NCBI GenBank assembly: GCA_046735395.1
Contig: JBJKQR010000020.1
Coordinates: 23,926-87,925, forward strand
Length of the DNA: 64,000 bases
Direction: 5' to 3'
Source of the DNA: Fidelibacterota bacterium
GTDB lineage: Bacteria; Fidelibacterota; Fidelibacteria; Fidelibacterales; DSDE01
Below, piece after piece: positions 20,614-28,834 of the stretch. The notes under the pieces are model-generated. The model was not told the DNA's origin. It did no database searches and worked only from the letters and a program-made list of their open reading frames with translations. Within the stretch, counting starts at the first letter, position 1; every line of letters starts with the position of its first letter. The position numbers were made by a program, and so were the translations under genes.

Positions 20614-20853
20614 ATGTACTTCATTTATGTGCTTCAGTCTGAAAAGTATCGGGAACGTTTTTACACCGGATCCACGGAAGATCCGGAAGAACGGCTGAAA
20701 AAACATAATGAGGGTGGCTGCACTTACACGAAAGCCTTCCGGCCCTGGAAATTTAAGAATATTATTGGATTTGAAACAAAGGCCAAAGCTCAATCATTTG
20801 AGCGTTATCTGAAAACGGCCTCAGGGCGAGCTTTTGCCAAGCGGCATTTTTAA
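20614..20853 (+). CDS. Minimal GIY-YIG nuclease (UPF0213/Slx1-like), 79 aa
   Basis: FIYVL...FYTGST...RLKKHN...YTK..RPW...FERYLK; GGGAGG RBS. Confidence 0.9.
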   Translation: MYFIYVLQSEKYRERFYTGSTEDPEERLKKHNEGGCTYTKAFRPWKFKNIIGFETKAKAQSFERYLKTASGRAFAKRHF

Positions 20854-20862
20854 TGGCGGGAT

Positions 20863-20948
20863 CGTCGTAGTCCGTCGGCAGGCGGACGAAGACGGGTCCG
20901 GCCAAAACTTGCCCGAACACCATCCCGACCGCTTCGGTCGATTGAAAT
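20863..20948. repeat. 86-bp palindromic repeat, copy 4
   Basis: Starts 9 nt after the GIY-YIG stop; one substitution relative to copy 1. Confidence 0.95.
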
Positions 20949-21064
20949 TAAGTCAGTGATAAGCTATGCATGATCTTCACCAAGAGGCATAGAGTTGTTT
21001 CGGTGCAAAAATGTAAAATTATTAAACCGCGTAGAAACAAGGTATCGAAAGCGGGTGTGGTAAA

Positions 21065-22177
21065 TCAGGAATTATTATTTTTTGATGATTCGTTGGATTG
21101 TTTCAGCTGTGACACTTCCGGATAATATTTTTCCAGACAGTCGGGGCAGAGACCGTGGCTGAATTCCGCTTCCGAATGAGCAGAGATATATTCCTCAAGC
21201 TGAGCCCAGTAACCGGAATCATCACGAACCTTTTTGCAGTGCATGCATACGGGGATAATTCCCTTCAAGGTCTTGATTTCATCCAGCGCCTGTGTCAATT
21301 CGCTGATGAGCTGTTCCTTTTCCTGTTCCGCTGCAATCCGCTGTTTAATTTCTTCATTCAGTGCGTGGTTTTTTCCATCCAGTTCACGGAAAATGAGGAT
21401 GAATGGTTCCTGAAATCCGGTTTGAATGAGGGCCTGGTAAATTAAAATATAACTGAAGACTTTGAAAAAGTGGCCGATAAGATTTGAAAATCCATAATTG
21501 CTGATATAAAAGGTAAAAGCCAGTTCGGAGATAATTGTAAAAATAATCGAGTACAGGAGCAGCTTGAAGACTCTTGAGTCGAAGGAGGCACGGTTTCGGT
21601 AGAGAAGGAAGATACTTGCCACAAAGACAGCGCTGATAAGGTATTCGCTGAGAATCTTGAAGGGAGTCAGGCCGCTTCCTTCAATGAAGCAGATGGGAAA
21701 GATCTTCCAGTCAAAGACGGAAAATATCAGAACAAGCGTTATGATCAGATACACCGCCCCGGTCTGCAGCATGTTGGGAATTCTGTTTCGTTTCAGAAAA
21801 AAGAAGGCGATGAGCAGGGACAGGCTTTCCATGTATCGGGCGCCGATCCAAAGCTGGTTTGCATAAAAATCGTAATCGGTAAAAATATTCATGCCCTTAT
21901 AGGAAAGCGTATGCATGAGATCAATGAATCCGATAAACAGATAGGCCGTTCCGATAAAAACGAGATATGGATTTTTCAGATAACGGCGGGCATTCCAGGC
22001 GATCATGAATACGGCGGCAGCAACAGTTATGGAAAAGAATTCGGTGAAAACATGGAAAAGCAGGTAATTATACAAAGATATGATGTAGAGCGGCGTAATC
22101 CAGAGGAGATTGTACAGAACAATCCGTGCTAAATTCGGCCCTTCTTCATCAAATTGTTCTCTCAGACGTTGTATCAT
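21065..22177 (-). CDS. MASE3 membrane sensor with coiled coil and C-terminal Cys/His motif
   Basis: YLLFHVFTEFFS, IDLMHTLSYKGM, QLWIGAR; tail CMHCKKVRD...SHGLCPDC. GGGAGG RBS before ATG 22177. Confidence 0.8.
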   Translation of the reverse strand: MIQRLREQFDEEGPNLARIVLYNLLWITPLYIISLYNYLLFHVFTEFFSITVAAAVFMIAWNARRYLKNPYLVFIGTAYLFIGFIDLMHTLSYKGMNIFTDYDFYANQLWIGARYMESLSLLIAFFFLKRNRIPNMLQTGAVYLIITLVLIFSVFDWKIFPICFIEGSGLTPFKILSEYLISAVFVASIFLLYRNRASFDSRVFKLLLYSIIFTIISELAFTFYISNYGFSNLIGHFFKVFSYILIYQALIQTGFQEPFILIFRELDGKNHALNEEIKQRIAAEQEKEQLISELTQALDEIKTLKGIIPVCMHCKKVRDDSGYWAQLEEYISAHSEAEFSHGLCPDCLEKYYPEVSQLKQSNESSKNNNS

Positions 22178-22289
22178 GCCCCCTCCCACTTATTCCGATG
22201 CGTGAATATATCAATACGCCCAGTGCATAAAAAGCAAAATTTAAGCGCTCTTTCATTAATATTGGAGAATGGTCAGAAAATAGAAATGT

Positions 22290-22913
22290 TTATTTATGGT
22301 AATATTGATCACATATTTCATTGATCAGGTCAGAGATTATCCCGGCTGCGGAATCACCCGGGCATGTTGTGTTAGGATTAATTTCACGGTGTAAGGCAAT
22401 TTGGCCGGGAGACAGTTCCAGGGAATCACAGAGACAGATAAGCAGTGTTTTTAACGCATCAAGCTGCTGCTTCCGGGGTTGCTGATGAGAGAAATTTCCG
22501 CAGAGGCAGATTCCCGCCTGTCCCCAATCCGGATCACGGACGAGAGCGGATTCGGGTGGCTGGTCTAAAATTCCATGACGTATCCGGGCTGCCATGATGT
22601 CCGCCAGGCTGTCACGGCCGGCGTGAGCCCCCATATATTCGAGTAACCGTCCCTGCCAGACCCGGCCATCATTATCGATGATGAAATGGTAGGCGATATC
22701 ACTGTAATGCATCGTTTTCACCTGATATGACTGGATTTCCTTTGGTCCCATTCGAGCGCGGAAGGCCGAGTGGTGAATGATAATCCCGGAATATCGAAAG
22801 TTCCTAATATGATATTCGTACAGACCGTCAGCCGGCCTTGATGCATGCCAGCTTTCCCGGGGTGAAATAAAGGGCGGCTTTTCGGTACAGGAACTGAATA
22901 GTAAGAACAGCAA
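22290..22913 (-). CDS. N-acetylmuramoyl-L-alanine amidase (Amidase_2/PGRP family), probable lipoprotein
   Basis: IIIHHSA, DIAYHFII, GAHA, GICLCGNF, LHRE...TCPG; lipobox FSSC. The 5' end is probably at 22954 across a frameshift. Confidence 0.8.
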   Translation of the reverse strand: MLFLLFSSCTEKPPFISPRESWHASRPADGLYEYHIRNFRYSGIIIHHSAFRARMGPKEIQSYQVKTMHYSDIAYHFIIDNDGRVWQGRLLEYMGAHAGRDSLADIMAARIRHGILDQPPESALVRDPDWGQAGICLCGNFSHQQPRKQQLDALKTLLICLCDSLELSPGQIALHREINPNTTCPGDSAAGIISDLINEICDQYYHK

Positions 22914-22950
22914 TGCGAATATACGGAAAGAGTGAAAAAAAATTTATAAA

Positions 22951-23556
22951 TCATCGTGGGAAGATATGCCGCAGACGTGAGGATTCGAAAAATTCATGAG
23001 CCCTGTCTCCGATGGAATTCCGGTAATCATAGGCGGGGACTTTTTTTCCGAAGTCAATGCCGCGGCTGTAGATAGCCGCAAGTTGGGTGATATCCGGCGG
23101 AAAGCCGTATACATTTGAATATTCGGATTTGATCAAAGTGAGGTATTGAAGTGCCAAGTCCAGATTACAGCTGTCATTCTGCAGAAGGGCAACGAGCTGA
23201 TGTCTGGATGGAAGGGTTGTTTGAGACAGAACAGAATCCTTTCCGGAGAGAAGCCAGATGGCCGTACTCACCTTGACCTGACAGAGGCCGACGGACGGAT
23301 CGTAACCCAGTTCTGCCCGTATTTGATCGTAGTAATCAAAGAAATTAACATTCTCATACCGTTCACCATAAATCACAGCGGAAAGTGTCCGTGGTGTAAT
23401 CACCGAATCGACGCAGATGGATTGAATCATGGAACTGCGTGAGGTCAACAGACGAAGGCATCGCTTTTCGGATGAAAATTCACGGCAGCTTACCGCGATC
23501 GTACAACAGATGAGGAATGAAAAACCGGTAACCCGGAGAATGCGTTTCATATTCAT
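22951..23556 (-). CDS. Lysozyme-like/lytic transglycosylase-like lipoprotein
   Basis: Lipobox AVSC; AVIYGE (candidate catalytic Glu), SVGLCQV (GLMQ-like), NLDLALQYL, AAIYSRG (AYNxG-like). Start 23556 has a GGGAGG RBS and ATGA overlap. Confidence 0.6.
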   Translation of the reverse strand: MNMKRILRVTGFSFLICCTIAVSCREFSSEKRCLRLLTSRSSMIQSICVDSVITPRTLSAVIYGERYENVNFFDYYDQIRAELGYDPSVGLCQVKVSTAIWLLSGKDSVLSQTTLPSRHQLVALLQNDSCNLDLALQYLTLIKSEYSNVYGFPPDITQLAAIYSRGIDFGKKVPAYDYRNSIGDRAHEFFESSRLRHIFPR

Positions 23557-24083
23557 TGTCGTTCCCTCCCCTGCAACAGACGCAGAGCTGCCGGCAGGTG
23601 AGTCAGCGTTTCGGCGCGCTGCTCCGCGTCGAGCGGCCAGGAACAAAGACAAAAACCTTCCGCATTCAGGAGAAAGGCCCGCGGGACACCATCATTTTGC
23701 AGAGTTCTGATCAGAGAATCAGGGATACATTGATCATAAAAATCAGCACCCGGTCCACCCGGCTTCAACAGATCTTCGTGGTTGCTGCTGAACAGGATAC
23801 GGCAGGAGTCGTTGATGGAGCGAAGCGAATTCATATACGTCAATTCGCGGCGGAGACCCGAAAAGGACGTATTCCCGAACCTAAAAACAAGCACCGGGCG
23901 GTGAGGGTTATTATTGCGGAGAATTTGCCGCCCAAGATAATTTGCGGCGGCCTCTGAAGAATCCTGATAAAAATTCAGACGATTTTTGTAAAGACGCTGC
24001 CGGGAACGATATTCAGAATTCAGAAACATGAGAACGAGAATAAAGAGGGCGGCGGCGATGTTGAGAAATCTTCCGGAATTCAT
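23553..24083 (-). CDS. Membrane-anchored hypothetical protein, possible thioredoxin-like fold without CxxC
   Basis: N-terminal TM helix; PVLVFRF...GVPRAFLLNAEG pattern; translationally coupled on both sides. Confidence 0.5.
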   Translation of the reverse strand: MNSGRFLNIAAALFILVLMFLNSEYRSRQRLYKNRLNFYQDSSEAAANYLGRQILRNNNPHRPVLVFRFGNTSFSGLRRELTYMNSLRSINDSCRILFSSNHEDLLKPGGPGADFYDQCIPDSLIRTLQNDGVPRAFLLNAEGFCLCSWPLDAEQRAETLTHLPAALRLLQGRERQ

Positions 24084-24787
24084 GCCAGGATTCCCTCATT
24101 GAAATAATGATTCAGATCCTGTACCGAACCGGCATTTCCCGGTTGATCATAGAGAATTCGCCCTTCTTCCATGAGGATGAAGCGGCCGGAGGTAGCGAGG
24201 ACATTTTCCAGATTATGGCTGGAAATAAAATGGGTTGTTCCCCGTTCACGATTTTCGCGGAGCAGGATCTTTTCGAAGGCATTCTTTGATCCGGGATCAA
24301 GGCTGGCAAAGGGTTCATCCAGAATCAGCAATTTGGGCTGGCGAAGCAGGGCGCCCACCAAACCCACTTTTTTCCGGTTCCCGGCTGACAGGTCGCGGAT
24401 ATAGCGGGACCCGAAAAGAATTTCTTCGGGTATGAAACCTTCGAAGGAATCCAGATCACTTTTCCATTCAGAGGATTCTTTTCCGCTGACCTGCATCAGA
24501 AATGAAAAGTATTCCCAGGGTGTGAGAAAGGTGATGAGCCAGCTTTCATCCAGATAGGATGCGGTGAGTGTCTTCCAGCCGGTATGTCCCTGAACGGCTC
24601 CACCATTGATAAAAACGGATCCGGAATCCGCCTTTATCAGATCCAGAATCAGGCGAAGCAGAGTTGTCTTGCCGGCGCCGTTATTGCCGCAGAGAGCTAC
24701 GGTTTCACCAGGCTGCAGCCGCAGTTCGGGAATGGTCAGCTCAAAATGGGGCCGATACGTTTTTATAAGGTCTTCAATGAATAACAT
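24080..24787 (-). CDS. ABC transporter ATP-binding protein
   Basis: GNNGAGKTT, LSAGNRKK, LILDEPF, SSH. Confidence 0.92.
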   Translation of the reverse strand: MLFIEDLIKTYRPHFELTIPELRLQPGETVALCGNNGAGKTTLLRLILDLIKADSGSVFINGGAVQGHTGWKTLTASYLDESWLITFLTPWEYFSFLMQVSGKESSEWKSDLDSFEGFIPEEILFGSRYIRDLSAGNRKKVGLVGALLRQPKLLILDEPFASLDPGSKNAFEKILLRENRERGTTHFISSHNLENVLATSGRFILMEEGRILYDQPGNAGSVQDLNHYFNEGILA

Positions 24788-24809
24788 AACACCCTTTCAA
24801 TTTTTGGGG

Positions 24810-26234
24810 TTAAAAAATGGTGTACTTCGATTGTTCATACCGTCGTCCGGCACTTCGGATAACGGGCTTCATGAACAGGAAGCCGATTACGCCCGGAAGA
24901 GCGAGGATACTTAGCACGAGGGGAAGTCCAAATATGGGAGTTAATTTTCTAACAAGCATTGGAAAAGCAATGCACATAAACCCAAGCGGGATGAAACGAA
25001 AAAATACAGCTGTACGACTTGAAAAAGGCTGAAACCGAAGCAATGAAAAAAACTCAAGATGCCTGCTGCTGTACCAAATGATATAAGGCAGGTATGCGCC
25101 ATGAGCGGTAACCCAGGTGCTTATAAAGACAAGGGTGGTGATTGGTTGCGGATACTTTGCAATCGATACCGCAGTATAAACGACCAAAGCGATAATTGCA
25201 TCGGCCGAGCAGGATATGATTACCGCACGCCGCACGTAGGTTTCATAATTTTGAATGAGCACATGGACCAGCGGATAAAAGGAGTTTTCCCAGCTGAACA
25301 AACAGGTTACAATTGTACATGATTGGAAGGTAATCGGTGTAACTAAGAAATAATGGAAATAATTCGACAACTCCCCCTGGCTTAAAAAATAAAAGCAAGG
25401 AAGGATAAGGAACGTAATGTGATTTAAAATTGGAATTTTATTGCGGGTGATCATGCGCCAGAGTATCCTGGTGGGAGACATGCCGCGAGAATTAAGAAGT
25501 TTAGAGCGATTGATCTTCGCATAAGGTGCGCCGGAATTCCGGCCGTCATAGGGGGAGAGGCGGGATTGGTAAATCCATATTGTGGATGACGCGATGCATA
25601 TCAGGGTGACAAAAAGCAGAAGAATGAGGTGGTTCAGACTGAGAAAATCAAGGATAGCCGGGGGAATCTCACTTATCTTTTGAACGAAAAAAATCAGGCC
25701 AGCGATCATAGATATCATCACTGTCCATCTGATAATCTGAGATGGAATCAGAAAGCCAAGCCGATACAGGAAATGATCCGATAACAGGATGATAAACAGC
25801 AAAGCTGCCAGGCCGGTCAGAAGGGCGGAGGGACCGAGCAGCAGGGCCGAGAGCAAAAAGCAGATGAAGGGAGGAAGAAGAGTCAAAAGATTATAGAGGG
25901 TCATGAGGGCCAGGCTTTCATGGAACAGAACGAGGCTGCGCCGGGTAAAGGGGAGAATCAGATAGGGCATCATTCCGCTGTATAAAGCTTTCTGAAAGAA
26001 TAGGCGAAATGTCTGGTCAATGATCATTGAGATGATGATAATCTGAAGGAGGGTTTTTGTTTCGAGTTCCGTGACCGTATTTTGAAACAGCGTTACGAGG
26101 AAGGGAAATCCGTTCGTAATCTGAAGGATATAAACAAGGCCGAAAACGGCTAAAAATCCAAATTTCCAGATATCCCCGCGCCGGGGTGAACGAAGCGTGG
26201 CCGCGACCATATGTCGAAAAAAGTGAATAACCAT
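24810..26234 (-). CDS. Multi-pass membrane protein, copy A (probable ABC permease or immunity protein)
   Basis: 474 aa, highly hydrophobic, PYLILP motif, precedes the ABC ATPase; paralog of 27115-28554. Confidence 0.7.
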   Translation of the reverse strand: MVIHFFRHMVAATLRSPRRGDIWKFGFLAVFGLVYILQITNGFPFLVTLFQNTVTELETKTLLQIIIISMIIDQTFRLFFQKALYSGMMPYLILPFTRRSLVLFHESLALMTLYNLLTLLPPFICFLLSALLLGPSALLTGLAALLFIILLSDHFLYRLGFLIPSQIIRWTVMISMIAGLIFFVQKISEIPPAILDFLSLNHLILLLFVTLICIASSTIWIYQSRLSPYDGRNSGAPYAKINRSKLLNSRGMSPTRILWRMITRNKIPILNHITFLILPCFYFLSQGELSNYFHYFLVTPITFQSCTIVTCLFSWENSFYPLVHVLIQNYETYVRRAVIISCSADAIIALVVYTAVSIAKYPQPITTLVFISTWVTAHGAYLPYIIWYSSRHLEFFSLLRFQPFSSRTAVFFRFIPLGFMCIAFPMLVRKLTPIFGLPLVLSILALPGVIGFLFMKPVIRSAGRRYEQSKYTIF

Positions 26235-26244
26235 ATCCTGTCCG

Positions 26245-26276
26245 AAAATCAGCCGCCCGAAAGCCGGACGGCCGAT
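26245..26276 (-). terminator. Stem-loop after the peptide genes, copy A
   Basis: ATCGGCCGTCCG-GCTTT-CGGGCGGCTGAT-TTT. Confidence 0.7.
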
Positions 26277-26292
26277 AAGGTTTCACGTGTGT

Positions 26293-26484
26293 TTAATCAA
26301 GGCATATTCCAACAAAGGCACCCGCACCCAGAGTCCATGCTATAAAAGCAGGCGGGTAAATGACCCAGGGGGCGGTGACTAACAGCCCTGCTACAAGAGT
26401 TATACAAATATCCTCCCGGTTATCGCCGATGAATTCAGAGACTCCTCCACCTGCGATATCATTTGCATCAAGGATTGATTTCAT
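26293..26484 (-). CDS. Double-glycine precursor peptide P3A (63 aa)
   Basis: Leader MKSILDANDIAGG; hydrophobic two-Cys core; AAGGGA RBS. Confidence 0.85.
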   Translation of the reverse strand: MKSILDANDIAGGGVSEFIGDNREDICITLVAGLLVTAPWVIYPPAFIAWTLGAGAFVGICLD

Positions 26485-26656
26485 GATTGTGTCCCTTTCT
26501 GAGTTTCAGTCCGGCTCGGCGCCAGCATAGGACCACACCGGCCCGAGACAGGTAAGGCAGAGTCCACAGCAGCGGCAGCGCCACATCTTTGACACAGTCG
26601 CTGAAGCGGCAGCCGCAGCAGTTGTTTTTCATTGTTTGTTTTGACAGGGTGTGCAT
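26468..26656 (-). pseudogene. Degraded precursor peptide P2A
   Basis: Paralog of P2B, but NTCGGG has become NNCCGC (GG lost) and a net 5-nt deletion frameshifts the C-terminus into P3A. Confidence 0.7.
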
Positions 26657-26665
26657 CGCGTTCTC

Positions 26666-26842
26666 CTAATCCCAGCTGCCAAGAAGGCGGCCGAAATCGT
26701 AGCCGGTACAGATCAGCCCGATCGTCGTTACGACGACATTCAAAGTCAGAAGGCCCACGGCGGTAATACCGAGACAGATGGTGCCCAATTCTATCTCACC
26801 GCCCTGAATGGCGGCCAGTTCATTCTTGTCGAGATTTTTCAT
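26666..26842 (-). CDS. Double-glycine precursor peptide P1A (58 aa)
   Basis: Leader MKNLDKNELAAIQGG; core EIELGTICLGITAVGLLTLNVVVTTIGLICTGYDFGRLLGSWD; AAGGA RBS. Confidence 0.9.
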   Translation of the reverse strand: MKNLDKNELAAIQGGEIELGTICLGITAVGLLTLNVVVTTIGLICTGYDFGRLLGSWD

Positions 26843-27105
26843 GATTTTTCCTTTCCTTTTGATGTTTCCCGTCCGTTTCCGGGGCCTCCTGACCAGACCG
26901 ATCCTCACCTCCTTTCCCGGAAGTCTGACCCGTCGGCCATCAGAAGCGAACAGCAAGGCGTTCAGCGGAGCCACAGCACCAAAAAGTCGGTTTTTTCATT
27001 TGTTTCAATTTGTCCGAAGCGGACTGAGGAATTGTACAGTAATTCAGGAAAGGCCAGCTCGAAATGGGTCCGAAACGGTTTATTAAGGCCTTTAACGAAT
27101 AACAT
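26843..27105 (-). pseudogene. Chimeric remnant at the duplication junction
   Basis: MLFVKGLNKPFRTHFELAFPEL (ABC ATPase start) fused at ~27037 to NSSVRFGQIET (3' part of the 29173-29673 gene), then frameshifted. Confidence 0.85.
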
Positions 27106-27114
27106 AACACTCTT

Positions 27115-28554
27115 TCAATTTTTAAGGTTAAAAATAGTGTACTTCGATTGCTCGTAACGCCTTCCGGCGCTTCGGATAACGGGCTTCATGAACAGGAACC
27201 CGATTAGGCCCGGAAGAGCGAGGATGGCAAGTGCCCATGGAGCGCCCATAAGGGGAATTAATTTTTTAAAGATAAAGGGTAATAGAACGACTATAATGAC
27301 TATAGGGATTAATCGGATATAATCAATGGACTTATAAGAAACAGGTTGCCATCGAATCAGAGAAAAAAACATCAGATGTTTGCTGTTATACCAAATCAGA
27401 TAAGGCAGAAATAAACCGTGGGTGATGATGTAGGCGCTGGCAAAGGCAAGAACCGTAAAGGGTTCGGGATGGCCGGCAACAAGCGCCCCGAAAAAAAACA
27501 TGAAAGCCAAGAACATATCTATAATACAGGAGAGATACAGGGCACGTCGGCCATAGGCTACATAATCCCGGAGGAGGATATGGACCAGGGGATAAAAGGA
27601 ATTCTCCCAGCTGAACAAATATATTATTAAAAAGGCAGATAAAAAGGTCATCAGTATGATATACAGAAAACAGAGCTGTGTGGAATACATTTCCCGGCCC
27701 AGGAAATACGGAACCGTAATAATGAAAATAAATAAAAGGTTATTGATTAAGAGGACCCTGTTGCGAATCAGCATGCGCCAGATCAGCCCGTAGAGAGATA
27801 TCGTGTGATTACGAAGACCTTTCGTGTGCTTCATCTTTGCCTCGCGGACGCGGGTTTTCTGATGGTCATAGGGGGAGAGGCGGGACTGATAGATCCATGC
27901 AGTTGAGATGGCGATACAGATCAGGATGACGAAAACCAGAAGAGTGAGGTGACCCAGGCTGAGAAAATCAAGGATGGCCGGGGGAATCGCACTTATCTTT
28001 TGAACGAAAAAAAACAGGCAAACGATCATAGATATCATCACTGTCCATCTGATAATCTGAGATGGAATCAGAAAGCTGAGCCGATACAGGAAATGATCCA
28101 GTAAAAAGGCCAGACTCAGCAAAAGGGCCAGTCCGGTCAGAAGGGCAGAGGGGCCGAGCAGCAGGGCTGAAAGCAAAAAACAGATGAGGGGAGGAATGAG
28201 TGTTAATAGATTGTAGAGGGTCATGAGGGCCAGGCTTTCATGGAAAAGGACGAGGCTGCGCCGTGTAAAGGGAAGAATCAGATAGGGCATCATTCCGGTG
28301 AGGGACGCTTTTTGAGAGAACAGGCGAAATGACTGGTCGATGATCATCGAGATGGTGATAATCTGAAGGAGGGTTTTCGCTTCGAGTGTTGTAGACGTAT
28401 TTTGAAACAGGGCTGCAAGGAAAGGAAATCCGTTCGTAATCTGAAGGATAAAAACAAGGCCAAAAACGGCTGAAAATCCAAATTTCCAGACATCTCCGCG
28501 CCGGGGTGAACGAAGCATGGCTGCAACCAGATGTTGAAAAAGGTGAATGACCAT
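27115..28554 (-). CDS. Multi-pass membrane protein, copy B (probable ABC permease or immunity protein)
   Basis: 479 aa; paralog of 24810-26234. Confidence 0.7.
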   Translation of the reverse strand: MVIHLFQHLVAAMLRSPRRGDVWKFGFSAVFGLVFILQITNGFPFLAALFQNTSTTLEAKTLLQIITISMIIDQSFRLFSQKASLTGMMPYLILPFTRRSLVLFHESLALMTLYNLLTLIPPLICFLLSALLLGPSALLTGLALLLSLAFLLDHFLYRLSFLIPSQIIRWTVMISMIVCLFFFVQKISAIPPAILDFLSLGHLTLLVFVILICIAISTAWIYQSRLSPYDHQKTRVREAKMKHTKGLRNHTISLYGLIWRMLIRNRVLLINNLLFIFIITVPYFLGREMYSTQLCFLYIILMTFLSAFLIIYLFSWENSFYPLVHILLRDYVAYGRRALYLSCIIDMFLAFMFFFGALVAGHPEPFTVLAFASAYIITHGLFLPYLIWYNSKHLMFFSLIRWQPVSYKSIDYIRLIPIVIIVVLLPFIFKKLIPLMGAPWALAILALPGLIGFLFMKPVIRSAGRRYEQSKYTIFNLKN

Positions 28555-28564
28555 ATCCTGTCCG

Positions 28565-28596
28565 AAAATCAGCCGCCCGAAAGCCGGGCGACTGAT
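28565..28596 (-). terminator. Stem-loop after the peptide genes, copy B
   Basis: ATCAGTCGCCCG-GCTTT-CGGGCGGCTGAT-TTT. Confidence 0.7.
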
Positions 28597-28612
28597 GAGT
28601 GTTTAAGTGAGT

Positions 28613-28807
28613 TTAATCAAGGCAAAAACCAGCAAAGACGCCGGCACCTACAGCCCATCCAAGTGCGACAGGAGCCATGTAAACTATAGGCGCGGATGCC
28701 ATCAGGCCGGATGCCAGGCTCATACAGAGGTCTTCGTGATTGTCGCGGAGGAAATCACCAATTCCACTTCCTCCGGCAATGTCTTCTGTATTGATTATTG
28801 TTTTCAT
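28613..28807 (-). CDS. Double-glycine precursor peptide P3B (64 aa)
   Basis: Leader MKTIINTEDIAGG; hydrophobic two-Cys core; GGAG RBS. Confidence 0.85.
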   Translation of the reverse strand: MKTIINTEDIAGGSGIGDFLRDNHEDLCMSLASGLMASAPIVYMAPVALGWAVGAGVFAGFCLD

Positions 28808-28834
28808 AATTCTTCTCCATGTTATCTTTGAGTT

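Larger units (their letters stand above)
24720..27037. repeat. Tandem duplication unit A (~2.3 kb)
   Basis: Colinear with 27038-29371, at offsets of 2318 and 2334 bp at the two ends. Confidence 0.9.

Noticed and set aside
20015..20793. Overlapping ORF-track ORFs across tmRNA and the repeats
   Set aside because: They are read-throughs of structured RNA or repeat sequence, or antisense to the GIY-YIG gene.
20197..20948. CRISPR array
   Set aside because: Repeats are 86 bp, the linkers are near-identical to each other rather than unique spacers, and no cas genes are present.
24796..24812. Frameshift at the end of membrane protein copy A (ends TIF versus TIFNLKN)
   Set aside because: One extra T removes only four residues, which is unlikely to matter.
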